From Puccinia triticina (taxonomy: Eukaryota), in the NCBI GenBank assembly GCA_026914245.1, contig CP110440.1:3658001-3722000 (forward strand): a stretch of 64,000 nucleotides of DNA, read 5' to 3'. A model generated the notes under the pieces. That model did not search any database and had not been told where the DNA came from. It saw nothing but the letters and a program-made list of their open reading frames with translations. The position numbers and the translations under genes are program-made. Positions 1 through 13,125 of this stretch are shown one piece after another. Every line of letters begins with the position of its first letter. Position 1 is the stretch's first letter.

Positions 1-1000
1 AAAGTTGGGGCGGTTAACGCGGTAACAAACTGGGAAAGGAATATGTGGAAAAAGGGAATTGTCAGTAGTCAAGAGCAAAAAAGACGGCCGGAGGGGACTC
101 GAAAAGGAAAAAGATGATCAAGTAACTCGAGTTGTCATGTTGACAGGGACGGAAAAGTAAGTTTTGTGTGGTCGGTATTAGGGAGGACTGAGGACCGAGT
201 ATGGCTGAGATATTATCCTGGAGCCGAAGAGCGAGTCGGTTAACGAAAAGCATCCATCATCAGCTTGGTAGACCTGATTTGGGGGTGCCTGCAGGTTGCA
301 GAGACAAAAGCAGGGGTGGCTTATAGGATGGGGTTGGGAATAGTGAACATGGAATGCTTGTTGCCGGAATGGTCGGTTGGTAAGTCGAATCAAGGAGGTA
401 AAAGATGCTGTACAAGAACAAAGAATGGTGACCAAAGGGGCATTCAAAACCAGCGGTAGTTTGGCACAGATAGCGCGAATAGTCGCATGTGGCAGTCTTC
501 CGGAATGGTATTGAGCCTAATGGCAAACTTAGGGGCGGTTGACGGGATAACAAACTGGCAAAGGAATATGTGGAAAAAGGGAATTGTGAGTAGTCAAGGG
601 CAGAAACCAGGAGCAACGGAAAAAAAGTGGGCCGGAGGGTATTCAAAAAGGAAAATGTTGATCAAGTAACGCGAGTTATCATGTTGACAGGGATGGAAAA
701 GTAAGTTTTGTGTGGTCGGTATTAGGGCTGACTGAGCACCGAGTATGGCTGAGACAATATACTGGAGCTGAGGAGCGAGTTGGTTAACGCAAAGCGTCCA
801 TCATCAGCTTGGTGGCCTGATTTGGGGGTGCCTGCAGGTTGCAGAGACAAAAGCAGGGGTGGATTATAGGACGGGGTTGGGAATAGTGAACATGGAATGC
901 TTTGTTGCCGGAATGAGCGATTGAATAATTTGTATCAACGAGATAAGAGAGGCTGTACAAGGACAAAGAGTGGTGACCATTGGGCATTCAAAGCCAGCAG
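1..1000. repeat. Imperfect direct duplication, period about 527 bp
   Basis: TAACAAACTGG(G/C)AAAGGAATATGTGGAAAAAGGGAATTG at about 23 and about 549; similarity continues to about 455 and about 998. Confidence 0.8.
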
Positions 1001-1445
1001 TGGCATGAAAAGCCGGGGTTAGTAAGCTGCGTGGGCTCTGCAGTGAATGTGCACCGGGGGAGAGGGTATAAAAGGAGGTCATTTGTGGCTTGGTGAGACG
1101 GCAAGGCACGTGGGGGTTATTGATGGCCATGCCTAATAATTGTGCCCCCGCGACCGCCTGTTTCAATACCACCATAAATTTGCCGGTCTTGTGACTGTTG
1201 CTGCTTTTGGACATGTCATTGAACCCGATACAGGGGGAAATGCTGCCCGGAAATTTGCAGCGGCACCGAGCTGGTGAATTTATGGGGTTTAATCACCTCC
1301 CTTTCTCTGTTTGTCCAAAAGCGCTATCCTAAATTGTACCCCTCATACTCCTCAAAACCCTTCAAAACCATCACCTCTCCACCCCTCCCTTCCAACTCCT
1401 CAAGCCCCATACCCCCCCTCACAAACTTTCAACCTTGCATCGCTC

Positions 1446-2035
1446 ATGCCCACCCATGCCACACCTCCTGCTCCCGCAGGGCGGAGGCCCCGCGACAGGC
1501 AACAACATGCCCAATGTGGACATGTATATACGTTGCTGAGGGCTCCTTGCCCAATGTCAACAACCAACTTGTGGAGAAGCGCAACCGGTTGGCTGACACT
1601 CTGACCCAAGATTGGGAAGCCTTGAGAGGGCCGTCTCCGGACAGGCCTCAAAGTCTTCCGGAGCCGCCCGAGCAGACTCCGTTAACGCCCTCCTTGTGGG
1701 GGTCAAGGAGATCGCAGAGAACATGGCCGGATTGGAGAAGAAGGTGGAGATGTTGTCTCCCACGACTTTTTCCAACATGACGGACCAAACCGCGGCGAGG
1801 CCTGCCATTCTATACCTGCCAGACCTATTCCTCTGTACTCGGAGAAGACCGCAAAGACACCAAATCCCAGGGCGCCAAAGAACTTACCGCCGGTTCCCCC
1901 CACCTCGTACATCAACAGATTTAAGCTGGGTCCAGTGGTCCTCAGGAAAAAGTTTGAGCAACCAAAACCATTCGAAGGTCTAACAGCGGCGGTTATATGC
2001 CAAAAGACCAATGAAGCGCTGACCTTTGCCAGCGT
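1446..2035 (+). pseudogene. Degenerate fragment, possibly LINE ORF1-like
   Basis: Frameshifted pieces (coiled-coil-like LLVGVKEIAENMAGLEKKVEML; KPFEGLTAAVICQKTNEAL) resemble fungal non-LTR ORF1 N-termini. Weak recognition only. Confidence 0.25.
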
Positions 2036-2176
2036 TACCATCGAATTGTGTGCTAACTCACTCGCTGGTTGCTACGGCAGACTCCCGCTGTCTGCGGCGA
2101 CAGATATAACATGTCGCTCTGTGCGCCAGCGCACCAGCATACTCAGCACCCGTCTAGTGCGGGCGGCACAGGGGCG

Positions 2177-2660
2177 CTGCTCAGATATTACCAGGATGTC
2201 ACACGGGAGCAACATCGTGGTGTTCCCGTCTGACGGACATCAATCGGGGCATCATCCTGATGCACCCTGGTGTCACAGGGTGTTGCACTGACATCTTGGG
2301 GACACCAATGTCAGGGCAATCGCACCCGTGGTGTAAGAAGACACGAAAGGTATGCGATGGGAGACCTGGAGGGACCAGTGCCTGCTAGCCTCATTGATGG
2401 GTTGAGACTGGGGGTGCTGCTCAGATATTACCAGGATGTCACATGGGAGCAACATCGTGGTGTTCCCGTCTGACGGAAATCAATCGGGGCATCATCCTGA
2501 TGCACCCTGGTGTCACAGGGTGTTGCACTGACATCTTGGGGACACCAATGTCAGGGCAATCGCACCCGTGGTGTAAGAAGACACAAAAGGTATGCGGTGG
2601 GAGACCTGGAGGGACCAGTGCCTGCTACCAGTCCCTGCTAGCCTCATTGATGGGTTGAGA
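2177..2660. repeat. Near-identical tandem duplication, 240-bp period
   Basis: CTGCTCAGATATTACCAGGATGTCAC at 2177 and 2417; both copies end in GCCTCATTGATGGGTTGAGACT. Confidence 0.9.
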
Positions 2661-2796
2661 CTTCATGGACCATGCTGCCTCCACAAAGTTTTATCTGAGA
2701 AGTGGTGACATCTCGATAGGATAGCTCATTGAAATCATTGAAGACAAGCAGTGCACAATTTGTTCTTCAAAATAAACTGTGACAAGGGTTAAAAAG

Positions 2797-5700
2797 GGGG
2801 TGGGTGAATTTTACAAACTGTGTTTTACAATGCCCCCCCATTGTAAAGTGGGGGCTTTGTAAAAATGTATAAAACACTGCATTTAATTAGTTTTACAATT
2901 TATGCTGTCCCAACTGCGCAATGTAAACTACAAGTATGTAAAGTAGATTTTGTAATTCACACCTCGGTGACCTGTAAATGGTACTTTTACAGTCTGCCCT
3001 GTCACACCACATGTTACAATGCATGTAAAACAGTACATAACCTACCAAACAATTAATATTACAATACCTTACCTTACAACCTCTCAGACTTGACACCCAT
3101 CCAAGCTCCGGTAAGCCTATTTCAGCTCCCTAGATCACTTATATCTCCGCAGCGCTGACCTAGGTAGGGCTATACCCAACTATCTTCCGGTAGGTCGGTC
3201 ACGAGCGTCAAAGTATTACCCATCTGCCGGATGCAAGAACATCTAACTTTCTCCATCTGCCGGATCAATCTTTTTTTCGGACTTTCCCACAGGTATCAAC
3301 AACATTCAAAAATCTTAATAGACTCCTCCTTGTACCTTAATAGATATCGTGATATCTATCTACACGCATAATAACAAACAAGCTGCTTATTTGTTAATAC
3401 ATAATCTTTGATACCGTGGCCATGCCCCACAAAAAGAAAAACACCGCCCGCAACCCTCCTCCCGATCACTCCACATTACCTGCTACCCCCACCATATCGG
3501 CGCCCACCCCCGCACTATCCATCCCCAATCGTGGAAATACACAGACAACTGAAATCGCTGGCCAGTCTCAAATCAAACAGTCCAAATCAATCGAACTTGA
3601 AAGTACCGAACCTGAAGACGAGCCAAACTGGCAATACCCAACCGCGATGGATGAAGGCTTCAAAACATTCATCAATCACGGTTGCGCGTTAGACAGGCAG
3701 GGTTATCCCCTTTACCCCAATGGATCCACTGTGTTTGTCCTCACCCCCGGCGCCGAGATTGCAAATTTTGGATCTGTTGGGTTCACGAAGAGATCCAGTA
3801 ATGGCGCCAAGTCTGACAAGTGGCGAACCGTACGAATCTACTGCCGTGGTGTTTTAAGATGCGATGAGGACGGGTGTGATTATGCTGGCCCACCGCCAAC
3901 CGGGCACGGGAAGATTGAAGAGCTTCTCAGCACGTAAGTTTCCTCCCATCAGACTCCCATTACCGCATCGGGACTGAAGTGAAATTCTGGTCTCCATTTA
4001 AGTAATCCCTCATGCAAAGGGCTTGCAGGTCGATGCACAGGGAAGATCCGCTGGCAGAGCTGCTCGGAAACTCAATGTCGATTTGATTTCCACAAGAAAA
4101 CGGGATGGGGGCTCCTCCGACACCGAGGCGTTCACAATCATGAGTGGCCTTCCTCAAAGAAACCGGACCCTCTGGCAAAGAAGGATCTCATTGAAACCGT
4201 CAAAAATAATCCAAAGGCCACAGCGCTGCAGCTCAAGGTAAAATCTCATGTCTTTCTATTTTTGTGCCAGCCGACCTTGCCCTCCCACCGCTGTCTTTTT
4301 CCTGGAGAAGCTAACTCTAAAAACAATTCACATCCCATTTCAGATTGGTAAAGCCGGTGGGCCTGGAGAGCCAAGCGACAGTGTCATTAACATCCATGAA
4401 TCCCTAGGCAACTCGGACCGTCTTCGTCACCTTCGTCGTCAGATCCTTCAGCAGATCGATTTTGGTTCAGGGAAAGTTTCAGATGCTGGTGATCGTTTCA
4501 TGCACGACCTGTTTCAATGGCAGCTGTTGAGTTCTTTTCTTTGATTCAATAGGTCTATCTTTACATTTGCTAACTTGATCAATCTAATTCCACAGGAACG
4601 GCTTGGAAATCATATCGATTGCATGCAACGCAGGACATGAACACATCACCATGCAGACCCAATGGATGTCTCAGAGGCTCCTTGAGCGCCGTGAAGACGG
4701 AAACAATCTCTACTCGGGAGGCTTGATCTTGGACGTCACTTATCGCTTTTTTGCCACCGGTTATCTGCTTACAACCTCCATGTACTGCAACGACATCGCC
4801 CGATGGATTCCCGTCCAGCTCAGCTGGATACGTGGTCTAAGTGAATCATACTACACGGTCCACTTCTCCGTTCTTTTCCGCCAATTCCTCATCCCATCAT
4901 TCTTGAAAAGCGAGCGCGAGAACATGGCGCGAAGTGTAGTGGATTTCTCAAAAGCTCAACAATGCGGATTTGTGGCGGCATACATGGATGTGTTTGGCGA
5001 AACTGATCGTGGGGAAGCGATGAAAAAACTCAAGGGATGCCGCGAGCACTTCCGACAATCAGTCACACGGGTCAAGCGGAACCGGGCGGTCATCATGCCT
5101 GATGAGCAGGTTGGTTTTCTTTTTTTTTTCACTGTGATTATGGCACGGGGACTTGCTTACATTTGAAATCAATGTAGGCGCTATTTGAAGCCAAGTGTCT
5201 TGCACTTCTTCAGCCGTGTGAAAAAGACGGACCAACCCACGACGAGAGAATTGATGAGATGCGGCGCAGATTCCCCAAGGTAAAGGCGTGGCTTGACTGG
5301 TGGACTATGGCCGATATCGAATCTATGCTTTTCCCTAGCCGCCGCAAGATGCTGGAGGACTGTCCAAACGGCGACGATAAGCTTCCCAGTTCTACTAACG
5401 CTCAGGAGAGCATGCACCGAGTCTACTACATGTTCAGGTAGGTTTTCATATTCCCTCTCGGTTTTGTGTATCAAGAACTAACCAGACCAACTTGTTTACT
5501 TGGTCAGTTCTGGAAAGAAGTCGTTGATTCCGGGGTTCTCCGAGCTCTTTGCTTTTGTCAAAGCTTTGGAGAAGGACCACGAGCTCACTATGCGAGGGAT
5601 CCCCATCCGGTATGGGAACCAGCAAGATGTCGCCCATTCGATTGGTTGGATCAAGCCTACCAAGCGTCAGAGGGCCGCGATGAACGACGGTCGCCCTCCA

Positions 5701-8374
5701 GACACCACCCAAGCCCTTCTTGATTGACCTACCAAACGAGTGAAGCTCGGCAGGCCCCCAAACTCGCTCAACATCAACAGGGCAATGCACACCACTTTCA
5801 TGTCGTACACCGCCTCAAAGGATCCCCTAACGCGCAATCGATGTTGGCTGGCAGCCGCTTTGGACTCTCTCTACGCAATCTACAGCCCTCTTTGGCTCCA
5901 AACTAGCGGTGGTAAAAAAACAGATCTCTTCCACATTCTTGTATCACATCTCACCTCGCGGACCACCAATGAACTCATCCAGAACAAGAATCTCAAATCA
6001 ATCCTAACTCGGGGATCAAACAAACTATTTGAAGCGGCACGGAACCTCCATCCTGACTCCTTCATCCCCGGTGCCTTTGCATCATGTGATTTCTTCATGG
6101 AAATCATGTTAGATCCCCAAACCAATTCGTCGGAGGTCCTCAAGACTCTGTTTGCCGTCCAAGAAATTCGTCAATTCTCTTGTCCCCGGAAGATCCACAA
6201 GAATCCAGTCAATCATCCCCGAGGAGATCGTCGCTTGGTCGCCCTCAAGGTCACCAAATGTATGTTTGATGCGAATGGTATCAGCTGCGCTGACGCTGGG
6301 CTTCTGATCACCCGGTGGTTTTCTTCTGGACTCGCTGGAACTTCTGGTCTACAATGCCAGAGTTGTGGTGCCAAGCGATCCAAAAAAAACCGTCGACGTA
6401 AGCCTTTGGAGTGTGAAGATAACCCCATCCCCGGAAACTTCCTAGAACAAACATCGATCATCTCTTTCCCCAATGCCAAAGCACCGCCTCATCTATACTT
6501 TCAAATTGACTCGGGAACAATCGTTGATGAAGAGAAACAGCTTGCATTGATGGGCAAGATGAATTGGCCGTTCAAGTTCACCGTATCGGGGGAAGTATAC
6601 ACACTTATCTCGCGAGGATATTGGGGGGACAGTCACTATTGGGGAAAGGTACTGCGAAACGTTCGAGGAGTTACCGGGATTTGGCTACACAATGATCGTG
6701 TGAATGCCGGCTATGCTCAGATGGTCGAAACCGTTCCCGGGAAGATCAGTGGAGCTCACCCACATACCAGCTGGCTCTTTTATTCGCGACAGTGGACGGA
6801 CAATGAAGCTATTTTTGTTGAAGACAGCATTGAGCGGATCCGCCGCGATAACCCCACAATTTCCTCGGGTTTTCCTTTCACACACATGAAGAGCCTTTTA
6901 AACATATCCTATAACGGTGATGTGACCGTGGAATCTTTGAACCCACCTGAACACCCTCGTCAGGCGATAATCAGAAGCACATCTACCAACAACTACCTGG
7001 GTGACAAAATCTCTGACTACTCAACCGATTCCCAAAGTTCCAGCTCCGACAATTCTGGCTCTGATACCACTGAGGTTAGTGGCAAAGAAACCGGGGACAA
7101 TTCCAGTGAAGTTAGTGGCGAAGAAACTGGAGAAAATTCCAGTGAATATGGTCTGCAACATGATTATCCAGCCAATCCTTCGAGTCCACCTAGCGAACCA
7201 ATCAAGATCCGTCTTCGCGTGAACAAGGCTCTGCCTGTTTCTACCAAGCCTAAATTTCAATCAGAAGAAGTAGATTCGCTCGCGCCGATCATCAAGGCCG
7301 ATCAAAAGCTCCCAGCCCGGCGTGGCCGCCCTCCAAAGCTCCCACCTGTGGTCCAAACTGCTCAGATTGGCGACCTTTCCAATCCCGACCAAGATGAACA
7401 TGACACTGGACCCAAACACCCAGCTTCTGATTGTGCCTTGGATAAGCGACCAGTAAAGAAAGACACGGCTGAAACGAAAGCAAAAGCAAAGCGTGGACGA
7501 CCCAGAAAGGAGGCTGCAAACCAGTTGAACCTCGTGCCTGCCCCGTTGGACGATCTAGATTGGCAGCGCCTTGCGGCCCGCGCAGCCGCCAACTGGAAAT
7601 CTAACTGTGAAAGGTATATGGTGACCCAAAATAATCAACAAACTCCGTTGGCAAGCCAACAAGCACAATCGGAAATCGGCAGGGTAGCTACTCAAGCGGC
7701 AAGCGGCATGGTGGCTACTCAAGCGGCGAGCCAACCTACAACTAAACAAGGTGCAGGTCAGCCATTGCCGGCGAGACCAATGAGAGTAGGGTTGCGCAGG
7801 TCCTCAAGGGGTTCTGCCGTTGTTTGATCTAGCTAGCTTTTTCCTATTATGAGTCTTCTTGTGCACTTTCTACGCATCCTTCTCACCTCCTTTCTTGTTT
7901 ACTTTCCCTTCTTGTTAAGTCATCGCGTTTTTCCTATGTTATCCCTCTCAGGTGTCTGGCGGTTTTGCTTTGTTTTGATTTTTTTGCTTGGCCAGGGGGC
8001 CTTTTTTTGCAAAGCAATGTAAAATTGCCAGCCTGCAGAGTGATATGTACTTTTACATTGCATGCTTTACAATGGGATCACATGGTAAAGAAATTAATTT
8101 GCAAAACTATTTTTTTTGCCTCTCTGTTGCAATTTGGCAATGTCAGATTTTGCAATGGCTGAACATGGTAAGAATGTTATTGCAAATTTGGCCATAAAAT
8201 TTGCCATGTGCAAATTTGCAATTTAATTTTTACATCCTCCAGTTTTGCATGGCCCTCATTTATGGGGGGGTTTTGTAAAATTATTTGTTTTGTGGATAAT
8301 GTGTAATTTTGCAATGTTGTTCTTTTACAATGTAGGTACATTGTAAAAGAGGAATTTTAAAAATCAATGGCCCC
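2797..8374 (+). mobile_element. Mutator-like (MULE) DNA transposon, full length
   Basis: 9-bp TSD GTTAAAAAG at 2788-2796 and 8375-8383. Imperfect TIRs of about 50 bp (GGGG...TTTTACAATG...CATTGTAAA). Subterminal TTTACA/TTGCA-rich tracts and an internal transposase gene. Confidence 0.9.
3422..7827 (+). pseudogene. Multi-exon MULE transposase: GCM-like Zn domain + DDE core + USP-like peptidase + AT-hooks; one in-frame TGA at 5725
   Basis: YCRGVLRC...C and CKGLAGRC...HRGVHNHEWP (GCM-like). LDVTYRFF, VVDFSKAQ, GCREHF and STNAQESMH (Mutator D-D-CxxH-E). NRCWLAAAL with GDSHY...WLHND (Cys and His boxes). RRGRPPK and KRGRPRK. GT-AG introns, e.g. 3934-4002. Confidence 0.8.
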
Positions 8375-8408
8375 GTTAAAAAGAGGAAAGAAAAGATGGT
8401 CAAGTGTG

Positions 8409-9972
8409 GGGAGTGTGCCAAAGCACACTCCGTTATTAGGAGTGTGCCAAAGCACACTCCGTTATTAGGAGTGTGCCAAATCACACTCTGTTATTAGGAG
8501 TGTGCCAAAGCACACTCCGTTTTTAGGAGTGTGCCAAAGCACACTCTATTATTAGGAGTGTGCCAAAGCACACCCCGTTAATAGGAGTGTGCCAAAGCAC
8601 ACTCCGTTATTAGGAGTGTGCCAAAGCACACTCCGTTATTAGGAGTGTGCCAAAGCACACTCCGTTATTAGGAGTGTGCCAAAGCACACTCCGTTATTAG
8701 GAGTGTGCCAAAGCACACTCTGTTATTAGGAGTGTGCCAAAGCACACTCTGTTATTAGGAGTGTGCCAAAGCACACTCCGTTATTAGGAGTGTGCCAAAG
8801 CACACTCCGTTATTAGGAGTGTGCCAAAGCACACTCCGTTATTAGGAGTGTGCCAAAGCACACTCCGTTATTAGGAGTGTGCCAAAGCACACTCCGTTAT
8901 TAGGAGTGTGCCAAAGCACACTCCGTTATTAGGAGTGTGCCAAAGCACACTCCGTTATTAGGAGTGTGCCAAAGCACACTCCGTTATTAGGAGTGTGCCA
9001 AAGCACACTCCGTTATTAGGAGTGTGCCAAAGCACACTCCGTTATTAGGAGTGTGCCAAAGCACACTCCGTTATTAGGAGTGTGCCAAAGCACACTCCGT
9101 TATTAGGAGTGTGCCAAAGCACACTCCGTTATTAGGAGTGTGCCAAAGCACACTCCGTTATTAGGAGTGTGCCAAAGCACACTCCGTTATTAGGAGTGTG
9201 CCAAAGCACACTCCGTTATTAGGAGTGTGCCAAAGCACACTCCGTTATTAGGAGTGTGCCAAAGCACACTCCGTTATTAGGAGTGTGCCAAAGCACACTC
9301 CGTTATTAGGAGTGTGCCACAGCACACTCCGTTATTAGGAGTGTGCCAAAGCACACTCCGTTATTAGGAGTGTGCCAAAGCACACTCCGTTATTAGGAGT
9401 GTGCCAAAGCACACTCCGTTATTAGGAGTGTGCCAAAGCACACTCCGTTATTAGGAGTGTGCCAAAGCACACTCCGTTATTAGGAGTGTGCCAAAGCACA
9501 CTCCGTTATTAGGAGTGTGCCAAAGCACACTCCGTTATTAGGAGTGTGCCAAAGCACACTCCGTTATTAGGAGTGTGCCAAAGCACACTCCGTTATTAGG
9601 AGTGTGCCAAAGCACACTCCGTTATTAGGAGTGTGCCAAAGCACACTCCGTTATTAGGAGTGTGCCAAAGCACACTCCGTTATTAGGAGTGTGCCAAAGC
9701 ACACTCCGTTATTAGGAGTGTGCCAAAGCACACTCCGTTATTAGGAGTGTGCCAAAGCACACTCCGTTATTAGGAGTGTGCCAAAGCACACTCCGTTATT
9801 AGGAGTGTGCCAAAGCACACTCCGTTATTAGGAGTGTGCCAAAGCACACTCCGTTATTAGGAGTGTGCCAAAGCACACTTCGTTATTAGGAGTGTGCCAA
9901 AGCACACTTCGTTATTAGGAGTGTGCCAAAGCACACTTCGTTATTAGGAGTGTGCCAAAGCACACTCCGTTA
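8409..9972. repeat. Tandem satellite, 29-bp unit GGAGTGTGCCAAAGCACACTCCGTTATTA, about 54 copies
   Basis: Strict 29-bp period. Each unit has a perfect 9-bp stem (GGAGTGTGC/GCACACTCC) with a CAAA loop. About 3 more units follow at 10605-10690. Confidence 0.97.
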
Positions 9973-10602
9973 TAGTGCATCAAGCCCGTCTGGGCACATG
10001 CACAAGTTCAGGGGTGAAAAGCCCAAGCCTGCATGGCCGAGCCCAAAGCATGCGTGACACACCCAAAACCCCCCCTTGGCACATGGCCAAGTTGGCGTGG
10101 TTTGGCACAAAGCCCCGCTGGGCCGAGGCCAAGCAAGGATGCCACGCCTGCCAAAGATGCCGGCCATCAAGGACAAAACTTCCACTCCTTGATGGTCGGT
10201 CTACAGACCGGTCATCAAGACTTTCTCTTCTTGATGACCGATACAGTTACATATCGACCAGCGAGAAGGGAGTCGTCTCTCCCTCTTGATGACCGGTTTG
10301 CACACCAACCATTGAGGAGGGGTAGTTCTCTCCTTGATGGGGGCTCTCCTCCCCAAGACTAGCAGTGTATCGGCCCTCAATATTGACACATCCAATGGCC
10401 AGTACGCGCATCAGTCTAGATATGTTACCGCGATGATCCCATCGGCCCAGAGCTTGGGGTTGGCCAAGCAGGACTTGGGCATGTGCCAAGATCCGCCGCC
10501 CGCCCGACCTCCCCAATCAAGCCCTCTGGACACCCTCCAAACAACTGGTGTTGCTCGGCCGCGCGGGACTGGGGCATGTGCCCAGACACGCTTGATGTAC
10601 TA
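9973..10602. mobile_element. Non-autonomous TIR element with TA TSD (Tc1/mariner-type MITE), inserted in the satellite
   Basis: TIRs TAGTGCATCAAGCCCGTCTGGGCACATGC and GCATGTGCCCAGACACGCTTGATGTACTA. TA at 9971-9972 and 10603-10604; removal restores a satellite unit. Confidence 0.85.
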
Positions 10603-10713
10603 TATTAGGAGTGTGCCAAAGCACACTCCGTTATTAGGAGTATGCCAAAGCACACTACGTTATTCAGAGTGTGCCAAAGCACACTCCGTGATAAGAGCTA
10701 TTTAACAGCCAAT

Positions 10714-11611
10714 CAGAGATGGGCGCACGGAACCCGTTGCGGGTATCCGCTATCCGCTGGAGGCCCTCAGGTACCTGCCAGCGGATGCGGATGTCTGAGA
10801 TTCCGGCAGAATCCAGCGGGTACCCGTGTATTCCGGCGGGTATCCGCTCTCCCTAGGGTATGGGAGCTGCAGTGGTCGGCAGCCATAAAGCCGTTCTATG
10901 TTGCTGTTGATTGGGGAGAGTCGCTCCCGGTCAACAGCAACATAAAGTAGTCAACCGGGATGAGTCCTTCCCAGTCGACAGGCATATGTATTGAGCAGTC
11001 GACCGGGAGAAATACCTCCCGGTTGACAACTAGACATACCAGTCAACCGGGAGGAATCCCTCCCAGTCGATGACTATACACACCAGTCAACCGGGAGGAA
11101 TCCCTCCCAGTCAACAGGTATGTCTAGTTGTCAACCGGGATGAGTCCTTCCCAGTCAACAGGCTTATGTATCAAGCAGTCTACCGGGAGAAATCCCTCCT
11201 GGTTGACAACTAGACATACCAGTCGACCAGGAGGGATTCCTCCCGGTTGACAACTATACACACCAGTCAACCGGGAGGAATCCCTCACGGTCAACAGTCA
11301 TATATTGAGCAGTCGACCGGGAGGCGTCCCTCCCGGTCAACAGCCATATTGAGCAGCCAACTGGGAGGCGTCCCTCCCGGTCAACAGCCATATGGAGCAG
11401 TTGGCAGGGAGAAGTGCCTCCCAGTTGACTGACATATGCAGCAGTCAAACGGTAAGCACGTTTTGAGGGGCGGGTATCCAAAGATACCCGCGCGGGTATC
11501 CGCCCAGGCACGCGGGTACCCGCTGTTGGATGCGGATGCCAGGAAATGGCTCAAATTGGCCGCGGGTTTCCAAAAACGCGCGGGTACCCGGATGCAAAGC
11601 GCCCATCACTA
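10714..11611. mobile_element. Non-autonomous hAT element
   Basis: TIRs CAGAGATGGGCGC and GCGCCCATCACTA. 8-bp TSD CAGCCAAT at 10706-10713 and 11612-11619. Subterminal GCGGGTA(C/T)C motifs and internal GTCGACCGGGAG...CTCCCGGTCGAC-type palindromes. Confidence 0.9.
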
Positions 11612-12010
11612 CAGCCAATGCATTTGAAACCCCAGTCTTCTTCTTCTCAACTATTCAATCTTATCACTTCTTCCCTCATTTCTCTCCCCCCAACAACAAT
11701 GACCCTATATGCTTTGCCTTAATACCGCACCTGAAACATTTTGTCACACTTGAGATGAAGGAACCACCAGATATCCCAATACCTGGACTCAACCTTGTAT
11801 CCCGTGCAAAACAAATACCAAAAGTTATACTTCGCTCTGGGAAGAAAAGTTCTCAAGTTTTCTTAACAATGCTAGAAATGTGCAATCAAATATTTCTCCT
11901 TGATCATTCTTTATACTAGTTCAGACTCCATCCTCCCTTTGTACACATCAATATCTTTTAAGTGAATGAAGAGTATATACTACCAGGACAAATAAGCCAT
12001 CACTTGATTT

Positions 12011-13125
12011 CAGCCTAAAGCGCCCCTTTTAGCGCAGCGCAGCCAGTACCCTTTACGCGCCCCTCCCAATAAGCTGTAGCGCAGCCATAAAACGCTGTGC
12101 TACAGCTAAATTTACCTCACTGGCGCTTTTTCTCCAGGGGAAAAAGCGCAAGCACAGCGCAAAAAGCCGCGCTTTGGCTACAATATAGCGCAGCGCAGTG
12201 CCAACGCGCTTTATTTGAGCTATCTGAGTGCTACATGCGCTTTTACGCTACAAAAGCATAGGCCCGCAGCAGCCCCACTGTGCTAGAGGTTTCTCCCAGT
12301 GGCAGGGGCTACATGTGGCCTTCCTTGTATTTATGGATGATGGACATTCAGACATTATGGGCCTGTACCATAGGGCTTGAAAATTGAAATTTTCCAAATT
12401 GATTTGCCTCAAAATTTCTTGGGACAAAAACTGAGCCTGGCTGAAATATAGGCTTGAGCCCAAATGTGAATAATTGAAACATTGGAACCCTCTGCTAGTT
12501 TTCAATTTTGGTGTTCAGAACACAAAAAGTTGAAATTTTTCAAAATTGAGGCCCATGGTACAGGCCCTATATATACATACCCCTTGCTCACCCACAGCCG
12601 CTCATCCACACCCACCATCTCCGGCAGTTGGCGGAAGATGTGGCTGCGTGGCGAGGTTAGGGTGGAAGGAGATTTTTTGAACTGTCAGAAGATCATTGAT
12701 GCGGCTCATGAGAACCCAAAATCCAATGTTGCACAAAAGAAGAACAATAACGCAGCTGCTAAGTTAAAAAAGTTATAATTTCATTTCATTACTACTGATG
12801 CTCTCTACTCTTGCTTCAAATACAAAATATCAAAGAAAAAAAAAGTCTTTTTGTTCTTTTATTTTTCCACTTAGCACCAAAAATAGATAAAAAAAGCTAC
12901 TTTCTCCCCCACCCACAAAATAAAATAGTGTAGCGCGCTTTTTATAGCTTAGCGCAGTGCTTTTGGGCTATACTATGGCTAAAAATAGCCGCTAAAAATT
13001 TGAAAAGCTATACACTGGTGCCAACAAGGCGCAAGGGCAGCCAAAATAAGCTACAAAATAGCGCAGCGGAGCCGGGCCAAAAAGCACTGCGCTGCGCTAC
13101 GCGTAGCCAAAGCCTTTCACCATTG
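12011..13125 (+). mobile_element. Internally deleted hAT relic
   Basis: TAGCGC/GCGCTA-rich ends as in the 22312 element. The peptide MWLRGEVRVEGDFLNCQKIIDAAHENPK (12638-12778) matches the C-terminus of the hAT transposase at 27034-27120. No TSD found. Confidence 0.65.
12359..12567. mobile_element. MITE (PIF/Harbinger-like), nested in the hAT relic
   Basis: TIRs GGGCCTGTACCAT and ATGGTACAGGCCC, with TAT on both sides (12356-12358 and 12568-12570). Confidence 0.65.

Noticed and set aside
8409..9972. CRISPR array (palindromic repeats of about 29 bp)
   Set aside because: Units are contiguous with an invariant 7-bp linker. There are no unique spacers and no cas genes, and the context is eukaryotic.
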